Positions 24,639-37,905 are shown, counted from the first letter of the stretch. The stretch: 64,000 nt of DNA from Thelocarpon superellum (GCA_026025795.1 JAPEUG010000045.1:1-64000), one strand, 5' to 3'. Translations and numbers: made by a program. The notes: generated by a model from the letters alone, not told the origin.

Positions 24639-25115
24639 CTAGGCTTGTGAGGTCGCCGGTGATGGACTGCAGCACTTCGTGGATGCCGTTTTTATACTGT
24701 CGTTATCGCCTCTCTCGATATCATCGTGGATGCGCAACTCTGCCAGATCCATCAGTCCTGTTCCCTGCCCGATTGAAGACGATGTACGACTCACTGAAGC
24801 GCTGCTGCTCCTCGTCGGTCTGCTGCCCTTGGACGATGTTGTGTCGGAGGATACGTGCGACTTCCTCTGCATGCGCGATACATGAGGTCGCTTCGGTACT
24901 TCCCGAGGAGAGCGTTCGGTTCCCGTCGAACCCTTTGCGTGCCTCCTGCCGGGCGGCGCTCAAGAGCCGTAGGTCGCCTGTGGGTCACATCATTCAACTT
25001 TGACCGGCACGGCGACAGCACTGTACTGAGCAGTATCTCTGGCGGAGGACGCAGACATACCATGGAAAGCGATCCGTGTCGACCTGAGAATGTGGCGATA
25101 GGCTGCCAGCGCCAT
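24639..25115 (-). CDS. MZM1: Mitochondrial LYR-motif protein Mzm1 (complex III assembly)
   Basis: MALAAYRHILRSTRIAFH / GDLRLLSAARQEAR...ILRHNIVQG / KLRIHDDIERGDNDSIK. Two introns. Confidence 0.93.
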
Positions 25116-25343
25116 CATGATATAGCAATGTAGGAGGGTCGTGGAGAAGACGAGCGATGCGAGAAGGCATTCATACCGCACGGCGTAGGAACTTGCCTGG
25201 AGTACGAACTACATACTAGTTATGTCTTGAGCTTGATTAATGCAAGGATTATGCGATTATGCAAGCGCACAACACCAAAAAGTATCCGATATCATTCTGC
25301 CACTTTCCGTCTGACGTACCACCCTCACGCTCCCGTCAACGCC

Positions 25344-26819
25344 ATGGCTACTGCTCAGGTAGCGCCGTCGCTGCCGGCCCTGCCGGAGGGTTGGGCGGGC
25401 GAAAAGGACTTCAAGGCCATCGGACACCTCTCGCCCGCCACCCAGCGCAACATCGAGCCCGTGGGCCCGCACTTCCTGGCGCACGCTCGGAGGGTAAGTG
25501 TGGGATCTTGGTGAGAGTCTTCTTGCGTCGCCTAATGGGAGCACGCAGAAACGCCACAACCGCACCTTCTCAGAGGACGAGCGGATCCAGGCTCAAGAGA
25601 ATGTCAAAAAGGTCGAAGACGACGATGCGGGCGAGATCAGCGAGCCGGAGGATCCGTTGATGCTACAGCGAGATGCCAAAGATTGGAAGGTTTGTTCCAA
25701 GCGTCTATCTTCTAGCTCCGTGTGCGCACATGGCTCATCCGTCTCATCTAGGGTCAAGACCATTACGCGGTGCTGGGCCTCTCGAAGTACCGATACCGCG
25801 CGACGTTGGATCAGATCAAAAAGGCGCACCGCAAGAAAGTGCTACGGCACCACCCGGACAAAAAGGCGGCGGCTGGAAGCACCGAGGACGATTCCTTCTT
25901 CAAGTGCATCCAGAAGGCGACAGAGATCCTGCTGGACCCGGTAAAACGACGACAGTTTGACTCGGTGGATGAAGCAGCAGACATTGAGCCGCCATCGAAA
26001 AAGACGACGCAGAAGGGCAACTTCTACAAACTGTGGGGCCCCGTCTTCGCCGCCGAAGGGCGCTTCAGTAAAGTCCAGCCCGTGCCCAAGCTCGGCAACG
26101 AGAAAAGCAGCAAAGAGGACGTCGAGGCCTTCTACAACTTCTGGTACAATTTTGACTCGTGGCGGTCTTTCGAATACCAAGACGAGGACGTGCCGGACGA
26201 CAACGAAAACCGCGACCAGAAGCGACACGTGGAGCGCAAGAACAACGCAGCGCGCAAGAAGAAGAAGACGGAAGACACCGCACGCCTCCGCCACCTCGTC
26301 GACGACGCTCTGGCGCTCGACGAGCGAATCAAGCTGTTCCGGCAACAAGAGCGGGCGCACAAGGACCGTAAGCGGCTCGAGCGCGAAGCAGAAGCCAAGA
26401 AAGCAGCGGAGGAGGCCGCGCTGGCGAAGGAGGCCGACGAACGCGCCAAAGTCGCCGCGGAAGCCGAGGCCAAGAAAGAGCGCGAGCAGGGCAAGAAGGC
26501 CAAGGAAGCGGCCAAGAACGCAGCGAAGAAGAACAAGCGCGTGGTCAAAGGCAGCGTCAAGGACTCCAACTACTTCCAGGCGGGCGGCGGCGCGGGAGCT
26601 GACGTGTCTGCGGCCGTCATCGACGACGTGCTCAATCAGGTCGACGCGCTTATTGCGAAACTCGACAACGAGGAACTAGCTGCCTTTGCCGCGAAACTTG
26701 GTGGTGCTGGAGCCGGAGCCGGGGCCGGGGCCGGGGCCAAGGGGGCTTTCAAGGCCGAGGCAGATCGACTGCTCGCTGCTGGCAAGATCAAGGAGGACGA
26801 GGTGAAAGCTTTTGTATAG
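25344..26819 (+). CDS. ZUO1: Zuotin, ribosome-associated J protein
   Basis: IEPVGPHFLAHARR, J domain DHYAVLGL...HHPDK, FYNFWYNFDSWRSFEY. Two introns. Confidence 0.97.
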
Positions 26820-27064
26820 ACCTCTACCGTTCGTACACGCTTCGATAGATGCCTAGATTGATGAGCTCCATGGACAGACTCTTCTGTACTACGTATCCCT
26901 AGAAACGCCTCGTCCACAACCACATCCGCGTCCATGGTGACACCCATCAAACAAGCCAAGGTGGAAGTACACGAAAAAGGAGAGACAAGTACAACAGGGG
27001 AAGCGAAACGACGAGAAGAAGATGATGACGATGACAGGGATCGGAGAAGGTAAGAGGCGAGCGG

Positions 27065-28039
27065 TCAAGACCGTAGAGCGCGTAACCTCTCCCCAAGTCC
27101 GTCCTCCTCGACGTCCGTCGGCCCCGCTTTCATCTTTCCCGTCGACACGGGCGTGGCCTGCTCGTCCATCTCCTGCCTGATCTCCACGCCCGCTTCGTCT
27201 GCCACCTGGTTCATGAGTCTGTCCACGTCATCTTGTGGCGTGCCTACTGCTGTTGCCTGCGACGTCGCGTTTTCGTAGTATCCCGTTGCTACGTCCAGAT
27301 CTTCAAACTGCGTCTCGAATCGGTCCATCACAGCGGAGATCTGGTGCCGTGGTTAGCGTGTGATACGCTCAGGGCTGAGCTGGGCTCGTGTAGGGTGGAG
27401 AGTTGTGATGTAAGCAAGAGGAAGAAGTGGTTGCGGAAAGAGCGTGTACCTTCTCCAGATCCATCGCTTTCATCGCACTGTCCATCCCTCGCACCACGTT
27501 CGCCATGCTGCCCGTCACTTGTCGCATGGTCACGGCCGTCTGGACGCGACTGCTGACGGCATCGATGCGACTGCCGAGTCGGAGGAGATTCAGGCGCTCG
27601 TTCTGCTTTCGGATCGCGTTCTGAGCATAGATCTTGGCGATGTCGGTATGACCCTGTTGGATGGCCTATGGATATCAGAGAGCGTCAGCATCACCGTGAT
27701 GAGGCGCTCGTTGTAGAACATCGAAGGGTGACTAAGAAGGATGAGGTCTGGATTCGAGATCGTGAATGAACCACTTGGGAAGGTACCCTGAAAGAACGCA
27801 CGCAGTTGTATGCAGGGTTGCTCCATCGAGTGCTTCTTTCACACTCACCTTTTTCAGCTTATTCTTTTCGGCGGTCTCGTCCTTGCCGGCTTTGGCTGCT
27901 TGTCGGTTGAGTTGTTTGGCGGTGAACTGGGGACCGTTTGGGACGTGAGGTCAGTCGACGCCGTGATATGGAGGAGTGATGGGGCATGCGCATCTGATCT
28001 TACCTTGAGGTTGAATAGCGCCTTCTCTAGACCCGACAT
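27065..28039 (-). CDS. DID2: ESCRT-III accessory protein Did2/Vps46 (CHMP1)
   Basis: [12 protein letters not shown] / [13 protein letters not shown] / [12 protein letters not shown]...[11 protein letters not shown] / [12 protein letters not shown]...[10 protein letters not shown]. Confidence 0.96.
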
Positions 28040-28819
28040 CTCGAATGATGTCTCGGTGGAGGACGGAGATGAAGACACGAATGGGGTCTCTAGAAGATCA
28101 TAGGTCAAGCGGATGAGAAAGATGAGTATGTCGTTTGTTGCCTCGGCCACTCGACCGGCGTAGACTGCGGCAGTTACGGCTGAATCCGCGTGACTACAGG
28201 GTATTCGCACAAGAGACGACATACCGTACAGTGTAGCTGTCGAGCACTGCCGGGATGACGCAGCGCATCTCGCTTCAGCCTAGAAAGCTTCCAGCACTTA
28301 ACCTTGGGCTCTCGCAATCAAATTCGGCCCAGATACTATCGGCAGAAGTCCTTCAGTGGCATAGGCCATTACCTGTTTGTAATCTCTGGCTCATGAAGGT
28401 AGCACCTCTAGGCATATCAGGAACGAAACGGACGATTTGCTGAGAAAGCACTCAGGTCAGGTACGAACAGGTCTCTAGCAAATCGCCCCACCACCACATT
28501 GTGATCTGGGACTACTGGAAGACTTCTGTAGGCGACATGTTCGATAACATTCTACGGTAGAGCGCCAGTGGGCCATGTGAACCATATGAACCATCCGCAG
28601 ATGTAGAGACTGAATTGACGTTCTATATCGGTGTAGACCAGCAACACAAATATCGTCAAGACGTGTCGAGGTTTCTGGTCGAGGCACGCTCTTATCCTCA
28701 CCCCTCGCCCCTCCACCGTTCGTCCCCTTGCCTCCTGCGTTCTTTGCTCGCCTCCTGTCTTTGGTCTGACCGTCATTCATCATAGTCTTACACTCTAACC
28801 CTCCCCCAGAACGCCATTG

Positions 28820-30338
28820 TCAAGTCAACAAAGACCACGGCGTCATTCGCGCCCCGATAGCTGTGTTTCTTTTTGAGTTTCCCTCGCCATGCATCATGTC
28901 TGCGCCCCGCTTGAGATGGTCGGGTCCGACGTGCTCACGATCGACTGGTCCTCCCCGGTCTGGCGGCTCCATACCCTGCCTCGTCGCCATTGGCGTCTGC
29001 CACCGCGGCACACTACGCGCATCACCGCCCTCTGCCAATCGATCGCTCCGAGTCACATCGTCGCTAGACATCAGCCGCAATGCCCGGCCCGTCGCGTCCC
29101 GTGATGGGCGCGCCAAAGCAGGGCTGCAAGCCAGGAGTCGTCGCAGCAAAGAGATCGGGAGGATCGAGGGCAGAGGAATCGTGGAGTGCGTGGAGTTCGC
29201 GGTGATAGTCGCCCAGAGGGCTGAGGCAGGATGGCTCGGGGTCGAGATCCACGAGCGAATCAAAGGGGAAAGGGTCGCGCGGAGCTGCGCCATCGTGGGG
29301 GGTGACGGGGCCGAAGCCGTCGTCAAAGAGTGAAAAATCGCCGCCGTAGGAAAGAGTACCCGCGAATAGACGGCCGAGACCATGCTCATGTAGAGGACTT
29401 GCGTCATCATCGTGAGAGTGAGCAGAAAGGCTCGGCGTGGCGATGGCGTCGCGAGCGTCGAGAGCTCGCTCGAGACCGGACCCCATGGAGGCCGAGTGTC
29501 TCCCGACTGACACTGCAGGTCGCACAACATCGCGGCAGGATGTTGTGTCAGGTCGGGAGACGTGGCGGTGGGGTCGGCCTTGGGCGAGCCCGATGAGGGC
29601 GAGGCGAAGGCGGCGTCACGCGGGTCCACGGTGGACTGGGGCGGGGGAAGGGCGAAGTCAAGCTCATCGAATTCCGACTTGAGCTGTGGCACCGCTGAGT
29701 CTTGGAAAAGGGTCGACGCCACCGAGGGCGACGTGGTCTTGGAACTCTGGTCGGGCGTGGGGAGGTCGGAGGGTTTGATCATCTTGCGAAAGACTGTCAT
29801 CTCCGCGGCCATCTTGGCCACGGTCTCGCGGAGGCTGTGGTTCTCTAGCTCGGCTTGCCGGAGACGCATCGCGAGGCCCTCGCTGGCCCGCTCGATCTCG
29901 CGCTTCTCGTCCTCCAAGCCTTCGACTTCCTTGCGTTTGCGTTCGCGCGACGACTGGGCCGCCGCGCGGTTGCGCAAAACTCGCTCAATACGACGCTGCT
30001 CCTTCTCATCTTCAGTCTTGGCCCGTTTCCTGACGAACTGGTTAGCCAGGCCTCGCTGCGACCGGCGTCAGCCACACGTACCGAGGAGGGAGGTTCGTCT
30101 TGGGCGTCGGGAGCTCTTGGCCCCAGGACTTTCGCTTCTTCACAGCCTTCTTCTCCGTCGCATCCGACGAAGACTGTGGTTGCGGCGTCCCGGAGAACTC
30201 GCGCTCGCTCTCGTCGAGCGACCGCGGCGTCAGCGCCGTCACCGTCGGCGAGTTGTTGTCGTTGTGGTCGAAGAGGGATGGGTAGGCGTCGCTCGGCCCC
30301 GAGAGGAGCGAGTCGGCCGGACTGAAGTTGGGATTCAT
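28820..30338 (-). CDS. HAC1: bZIP unfolded-protein-response transcription factor HacA/Hac1 (unspliced stop 28820; Ire1-spliced stop 29064)
   Basis: KKRKSWGQELPTPKTNLPPR / KRAKTEDEKEQRRIERVLRNRAAAQSSRERK. Spliceosomal intron 30081-30030. DLTQHPAAMLCDLQCQ marks the Ire1 intron. Confidence 0.96.
29516..29535 (-). promoter_or_regulatory. 20-nt unconventional Ire1-spliced intron of hacA
   Basis: Minus strand ...CATCCTG|CCGCGATGTTGTGCGACCTG|CAGTGTCAG: two CNG/CNG sites 20 nt apart, with ACAACATC/GATGTTGT and CTGACAC/GTGTCAG stems. Confidence 0.93.
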
Positions 30339-32800
30339 CGTGACGACACCGTCGATGATTCGGGTGAATGTGTGGTGGTCTTCGCCGACACTCGCGGTAA
30401 TGCCGTGCCAGATGTTGGGAGGAGAAAAGCTCTCTGATCCAAGCAACGGCTAAGCGAAGGAAGGGCGGCGAAGGGTGTAGAGGCCAGCTGGCTTCACGGT
30501 CGCGAGCACCGACATTCTCCGGAGGTAACGCAAGCGAGCCTGGCAGATGTCCGAAGAGTCGTACACGAGTGGGCCACGCGTCAAACTAGGTAGCTCTCTA
30601 TTCAGGCTGCACCCAGACTGCGCAAAAACATGAACAAAGGATTGTGAGTCAACTTTGACTTTCGAAGTAGAAGCAGAGGAGAGATGGACGGTTTATATGT
30701 TCAGGCGACCGGATCTTACGAGGGAGATCGTACGAGTACTGGTTCTGTTCGCTAGAAAGGGGGGTGGGCTGGGGTGGTGGGTGGCGAGGACCCCCAGGTA
30801 TGAGGCAGTGGGCGAGGTGGGCGTGTGGAACCACGGGTGCGCAGATTCAGCAGCTTCAGCAGATTTCAGCAGCAGCCCCAGCGCCGCAGCGCCCCTCCGG
30901 CAGCGACCCCCGGCATGTCAGGATGTGGATGTCAGGGGGACGGGGAGGGATTGTCGGCCGCTAGACCCTTTTAGCGCAAAGCACGGCGCGAGACTAATCC
31001 CTTGAAACCCGGCCTCTACAGCTGCGTGCGCGCATGGAAGACGCAGGCGAAGCGGGATGGAAGGTCCTCGACGTTTCGCCAGGGATGCAGCGCGGCGATC
31101 CCCCCTGCCGGACCAGGAACCAGGGGAGACGGAGAAGAGGAGAAGGAAGAGGAGGAGGATGCGCTTGGCAACGTGCGGAGAGGCGAGAGGATGGAGGGGC
31201 GTTTTGAAGGCCGAGGTCCGGTCCAAGCATCATGTCACGCAGGGCCAAGGACGGAGTACGGAGGACGGCGTTCTGGTACTGTCGGAGTTGCTCGTCTCAA
31301 GGCACGTACTTGTACGGAGTACGGGAGCGCGAGTACAGACCCACCGCTCGAGGCATGCGCCGCTGAGCATTATCCGCGAGAATCTCGCCGCAGTAGTCCG
31401 TCCCCAATGATGATGTTCGGCCTCCCTGCCTTTGCGCTCGGTCTGGGTTGCCCTCTCCTGCTCGTGCCATGCACGCACGAAGTACTTCGCACTGGTCGGC
31501 GTAGTGGAAGTCACCGCATTCTCCGTGTCGTTCCCTTACGTGAGGCACTGTGTTGGGGCCGTTCGGCAATGCGACCGGGGCCCACGACGCCAAAAATAGA
31601 GCCCTTGCGTACGACTACGAGTGCGAAAGAGACGGCGTCAGCCGTGTGGAGCGACGATCACCAGCCTCCGCCCGTCTCACGGCCAGCAGGTCTCTGCCAT
31701 GCGGCGTTGGACCATTGCGCCAGCATGGCGCCGCCTGCTCGTACCGTGCGACCGTTGTGGAGGCCCAGCCCGGACACCACCCGCCTGTCCAGACGGCGAC
31801 GCGAGATCAAGACGGGGATCATCATGACATGCAGAAGCTGGTCGGCCGTTTGGACCCCAGCCCCAGCAGATGCTTGGGTTGAGCGCGGTGGGGCCGTCCG
31901 TGGTTCGAATTCTATCGTGGGCCTTATTGCTCCTTCCGCGCCATCCCACGACTCGACGGGGCAGGTCGTGGCGTCGCCAACACCAGCTTGCTCTACTACG
32001 ATGCGTCGCAATGTCATGAGCCGACTGCGCATGTCGAAGCCGCTTCACATGGTGGCGTTGTGGGTATCCCCTCGTGTCTGGCTCATGATCCGGAGATGCC
32101 AAACGCAGACAAGTGCGTGCCCGTCCGGGTAGGGACCACGGACGCAACTATAGACTAGGCAACCGACCTTCGCAACGATATAGACGCCTTCACCAGTGCT
32201 TCAAGATTGATGGAACCTGTGACTTGTAACTTGTGCCGTTGAGACATCGTGATGGCGGACGTGTGCGGAGGGGAGGGGTCGAGGGATGGTGGTGCGTGCG
32301 TCAGATGGTTAAGCTGCCGCGACGATCAATCGCTCATCAGTCGCGGTTGGGGCCCACGGGCCCCAACGGCCCACACCGGGCCCGCGGTCTAGCCTCAGAT
32401 GCGTCGCAGTGACGGATGTACGGTACCACAGGAGCCAGGCGTTTCAGGAGGCAGGAGGATGTTTCTATCTTTGCATCAATGCTTTGCAGCATGAGCCCGA
32501 TCTTGCTCAGCCGTTTCATCGATTCACTACCTCTCTCCCGCTTTTCTCTTCCGAGCCGGTGCTGGTGACAACGCGCTTGCTCATCATGCCCGAGGCATGA
32601 AGTTCTTCAATTTTCACGGCCGCGCAAGACGTGTCCGGAGAGGATGAAGCATGACGGCCGAGGAACAATGAGTTGCCACCGGGAAGGTGACGTGCAAATC
32701 ATGCAATCCTCGATCAGCGGCGCTCCCTCAGCCGAGTTGCAGATGGCGGAGACGAGATTCCATGGTCTGTTACACGCCGACGGAGGACTCGCGTGGATGA

Positions 32801-34834
32801 TCAAGCGTCACCACGTCCGGCCATGCCTACGATCTCAACCATGGTGGGCTGCTCCGCACCGGTCCGACCACTCCATCGATATGTGCCATCGCCCGTCCCC
32901 ACCTGGCCGGTCATCCACGCCCATCGTAGCTCCAGACCAATGTCATCGACCCGCACCACCATGCGCTTGCTCCGTCCCTGTTTCCCGAAGGTCTGCTGTA
33001 GTTCATTGATCTGCGCCGAGTGCTCCCAGGGCGCCACTGCGGACCCGGCCGTGGAGCCATGGGGGCCACTCGCGCCTGACTCCTCTGACGAGGATGGCGA
33101 CGCGATCTCGGCTACGACAGCTACGGTCGCGAGATGCTGTAGATAGCGCGTCATCTCGCGCTCCACGCCAAAGACCATGGCTTTGGGCGTAGCGATCTGC
33201 CCGACCATGCCCGACGTTGACACGAGGTATTCCCGACCAAAGGCTGGTGGGTGGATCTGGGTCCGCAGCCGGATCTGGACCATGGTAGAGCTCGGTAGAG
33301 TCAGCTGTACCGCCGTCGCTGTCCGCTCGATCAATCTCTCCACCACCTGGTCCGCCGTCGTTTTTGACGCCGCCGGGGGAGGGGTCTCGAGCGGCGCCGT
33401 CACTGTAAAGTTCACCGCCAGCCCGGCACTCCGTAATTGCGCTACCAGCGTCGCCAGGATGTCCTGAAGCGATCGCAGGGCCGAGTCGTGGAGCAGATGA
33501 GTGAGGATGGAGCGAAGGATGAAGTACGGTGCGGTTGGACGCTTTCGTTCCGTGACAGGCGGTGGTGGGAGCGAGCGACGACGCAGATTTTGGCGATGAG
33601 CGTAGGAGAGGAGGAGGCGGGATGCGAGGACGATGCCTTCGGCCAAGGCCACGTCGGGGCCGTTCTGGGCCGTGGCAATGGCGTCATCGTCGAGGGGAAC
33701 GAGATCGATACTGATGCGATGCTCCGGCAGATGCATCATGATGGTCGAGTCGACCACTCGGACCCCTTGATTCGCCAGTAGTCGAGCTTCTCTACCCAGT
33801 TCGTAGAATAGTTCCTCTTCATAGATGGTGTTGCGCGCGCGCAAGATGAGATTCTCAATGAGCTGGTCATCAGGGTGGTAGGATGGGAGGGCCGAGGCGC
33901 TTGTTGCTTGGCGGTCTCGGCCCCGACCCACCTGTTCAAGTTTGACTCGAACGGCCTTGGGACCCGTCGATGTGACACCTTGGTCTAGAATGATCTGCCC
34001 GTCGTCGCCCCGGCGCATCGCCGCCAAGCCTTGGTCCTTGAAGGGTCCGGTGGCTGTCGTGATATCAGTGACAGGCAATCCGCGAGCCTCGGGGGCTGAG
34101 CATCGTACCTTCTGAGAAACCAAACCGAACGCTGAGGGTGTGTTTCTCTCGCGGCGACTGGCACACGGACCAGCCCTGTGCACTGACCGTCAACACCTGC
34201 TGCCAGTATCGTGTCTCAAGCTCAATCTCTTTCTCCAAGCGCGTGGCGGAGCGCAACAGAGAGTCGGCCGCCGACGTCAGACTCTGCAGCTTCCAACCAC
34301 GGGAGACCACGGCCTGGTCGCGGACCTTGGCCTCGGACGGCTGTGGCGGTCGGATTGTGTCGGCTCCGAGCGAGCCAAGGGGGACATGCTCCTTCAGGTA
34401 AGGGGACATGGAAATCTCGGCCTGGCGAGGGGTCTCCTTGGATAGGAGCAGAGAGACAAAGTCCAAGGCTCGCAAGGCGTCGTCATGCGCGCGGCTGTCA
34501 GCTCCATCAGCTCCAGCCCCGCCACAAAAGGGGCAGGTATGTTGTTCTACCCTATCAGCTGCAGAATCCCGTCCCTCGCCGTGATGATATCCTGCGGTTG
34601 GCTCTTAACCGACTCCTCGTTGCCATTGATCCCCCGGTCTTGGGAAGGATCTGTCTCAAGGCCATCTTCGCCCAAATCTTGGGCCCGGATCTGTTCCAGC
34701 AGACCTTGTTCGGTGACGTTGCGCAAATGACCGTGTTGCTCGGTGATGCGTGGGATGAGTTTAGGTAGGGTGGTGGCGGATGGATCTGGCTCAGGCCAGG
34801 ACCGAAGTGACAGTGGGATCGATTCGGAGGCCAT
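32801..34834 (-). CDS. SRB4: Mediator subunit 17
   Basis: LSLRSWP...HLRNVTEQGL, ALDFVSLLLSK, GWKLQSLTSAADSLL, ETRYWQQVL, VRFGFSE, ARNTIYEEELFYEL. Two introns. Confidence 0.92.
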
Positions 34835-35343
34835 TGAATTTCCGCGAACGGGGGGAAGCATAGACGTCTGACGTTATCGGCTGAGTATGGAATTGATCGT
34901 GAGATTAGTTGTATGTCATCGGTTCTTCGATGCGTCAAACACGAGCCCGCAGGTCGGAGTACGGAGAGCAGTGGAAAGTTACGTTAGCTGTGCCTGAGGT
35001 GGGGAGTAGCGGCAGTTGCCGGGAGTTGCGTTCCGTCTGAGCTACGGGAGCCCCCCAAGCACCGTGTCCCAACCAGGTGGGCTTGGAGGTCCCCGGCTTA
35101 TCGCCATATGAGGGGCACTTGTGTGGGTAAGTGCTGGTGCTACTAAACGTTTTCGCTACGTAAGATGCGCGGGAGCTGCCGCGCCGACCGTTGAAGCTAT
35201 CCAGAGGCGCTCCACGATCACCTGGACAAGCCGCGACCGAGCATCTCGTCAACCCCACTCCTCAGTCGACGGTGAGCTGACCCTCGATCTGGTTTCTCCT
35301 ACGTTAAGTGACGGACCATCTCTCCACCAGCTGGCAACGCACT

Positions 35344-37748
35344 ATGGCTTCCCCCGGGGTCCTTCGGGATTCGGCTCCCGCGAAGAAACGACGGATCGCC
35401 GTCATGACCAGTGGAGGGGATGCCCCGGGTATGAATGGGGCGGTCCGGGCGGTGGTACGCATGTCGTTGGCCAAGGGGTGTGAGCCATATGCCATCTACG
35501 AAGGTTACGAGGGTCTCGTCACCGGCGGCAATCTGATCAAACAGATGGACTGGGTCGATGTCCGGGGATGGTTGTCAGAAGGAGGAACCCTCATTGGCAC
35601 CGCTCGGTGCAAGTCATTTATGCTTCGCGACGGTCGACTACAAGCCGCGAAGAATTTGGTGGTCAAGGGCATCGATGCACTGATCATCTGCGGCGGTGAC
35701 GGGTCACTGACCGGGGCCGACATCTTTCGTGCCGAATGGCCAGGTCTTCTCGAGGAATTGATCGAGAGGAAAGGCTTGAGCCGGGAGGAGGTCGAACCGT
35801 ATCGGCATTTGACCATCGTGGGGCTAGTTGGATCGATCGACAATGACATGTCATTGACCGACGCAACAATCGGATGCTACTCCTCGCTGGGACGAATCTG
35901 CCAAGCGGTGGACTTTATCGACGCCACAGCCTTTTCCCACTCGAGAGCGTTTGTCATTGAGGTCATGGGTCGGCATTGTGGCTGGCTGGCATTGATGGCC
36001 GGGGTGAGCTGTGGGGCAGATTTTGTCTTTATCCCGGAAAACCCGCCGGGTGAAAGATGGGAGCAGGAGATGTGTGAGGTGATTGGAAAGGTGAGATGCG
36101 TGTGTTCCTGGAGAGGGGCGGCGCTGACAGAGGCAGCATCGAAAACTAGGGAAGCGGAAAACAACGGTGATTGTGGCCGAAGGGGCGCAAGATCGGGAGC
36201 TCAACAAGATCTCGCCGGCGATGGTCAAGGACCTGCTGTCGAACCGGCTTGGTCTGGATACTCGCATCACCACGTTGGGTCATGTGCAGCGAGGAGGTCC
36301 GGCATGTGCGTATGACCGTATGCTGTCGACCTTGCAGGGGGTGGAGGCAGTCGAGGCGGTGCTCGACGCAACGCCCGAGACGCCGACGCCAATGATTGCC
36401 ATCATCGAGAATAAAATCACACGGCAACCGTTGCTGGAAGCGGTCAAGTTGACGCACGAGGTGGCGGCAGCCATTCAGGCCAAGGACTTTGACAAAGCCA
36501 TCAGCCATCGAGATGCGGAATTCGCCGAGTATTACCGGGCATACATGACGACGACGATGACGGACAGGCCGGAGATGAGATTGCCTGAGGACAAGGTATG
36601 TACACCAGCGTGCCACCAAGAGGCCAAAGCTGACCGAATAGCGTATGCGGGTGGCCATTGTGCACGTTGGAGCGCCAGCAGGGGGCATGAACGCGGCGAC
36701 TAGGGCGACGGTGGCATATTGCCTGACACGAGGTCATACCCCGCTAGCAATCCACAATGGTTTCCCCGGCTTACAACGACATCACGAGGACAAGCCTTTG
36801 GGAGCGGTGCGGGAGTTGACGTGGCTGGAGGTGGACGGATGGGTCAGCAAGGGAGGATCGGAGATTGGCACGAATCGAGGTCTCCCGTCTGGCGACATGG
36901 CCACGACAGCACATTGCTTCGCACGGTACAAGTTCGACGCCATCTTCGTCATCGGCGGCTTCGAGGCCTTTACGGCAGTATCGGAGCTGCGCAAGGCACG
37001 TGGCCAATACGCCGCCTTCCGCATCCCGATGGTGGTACTACCCGCCACCATCTCCAACAACGTGCCGGGCACGGAATTCTCCATTGGCAGCGACACGTGC
37101 CTGAATGCACTGATCGAATACTGCGACGCCATTCGCCAATCCGCATCTGCCAGCAGACGGCGGGTGTTCGTGGTGGAAACGCAAGGCGGACGATCCGGCT
37201 ACGTGGCGACGATCGCGGGGCTGTCCGTTGGCGCGCTGGCGGTGTACACACCGGAAGAAGGCATCAGCATCAAGATGATCGCGGCGGACATTGAGCACAT
37301 GCGGAAATCATTCGCGAGCGACGCGGGGCAGAGCCGAGCAGGCAAGTTGATCCTGCGCAACGAGCACGCGTCAGACACGTACACGACGGAGCTGATCGCG
37401 GCCATGATCCGCGAGGAGGCCCACGGCCGCTTTGAGTCGCGCTTCGCCGTGCCGGGCCACGTGCAACAAGGCGGCACGCCGTCGCCCATGGACCGCGTCC
37501 GGGCGGTCCGCCTGGCGGTGAAATGCATGCAGTTCGTCGAGGACTTTGCCGGCCGTTCCGCCGCAGAGATCGCGCGCGAGGACATGTCGGCGGCTGTCAT
37601 TGGGATCAAGGGCGCCGGCGTCATCTTCTCGCCTATGAAACGGCTCGAGGAGGAGGAAACGGACTGGAAGGATCGAAGGCCCACGAATGAGTACTGGCTG
37701 GGGTTGAAGGGCATGGTTGATACGTTGAGCGGGAGGCCGAGACTATAG
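35344..37748 (+). CDS. PFK1: 6-phosphofructokinase
   Basis: [52 protein letters not shown]. Introns 36091-36136 and 36596-36641. Confidence 0.98.
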
Positions 37749-37857
37749 CACCTGGACCGAGACCGAGTGGGCCCACTACAATGAAAGGGTCCCGCCTCCA
37801 CTCTTACGGTTACTTTTACTTTCACTCCTAGATATGTGCACAGAAAGATACAAAGAT

Positions 37858-37904
37858 CGAGAGAGAGAGAGGGAGAGAGGGAGGGAGAGAGAGAGAGGGA
37901 CAGA
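37858..37904. repeat. (GA)n microsatellite between the convergent PFK and ISN1 stops
   Basis: gagagagagagggagagagggagggagagagagagaggg. Confidence 0.85.
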
Positions 37905-37905
37905 G

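Noticed and set aside
30572..30583. TGACGCGTGG as a UPRE for hacA autoregulation
   Set aside because: Imperfect short match; not supportable from sequence alone.
31897..31925. GGTTCGAATT tRNA-like motif
   Set aside because: The flanks do not form a T-stem or cloverleaf.
31002..32132. 376-aa plus-strand ORF between HAC1 and MED17
   Set aside because: Non-ATG start, Arg/Pro/Ala/Ser-rich composition with no motif. Expected by chance at high GC; probably part of the long hacA promoter.
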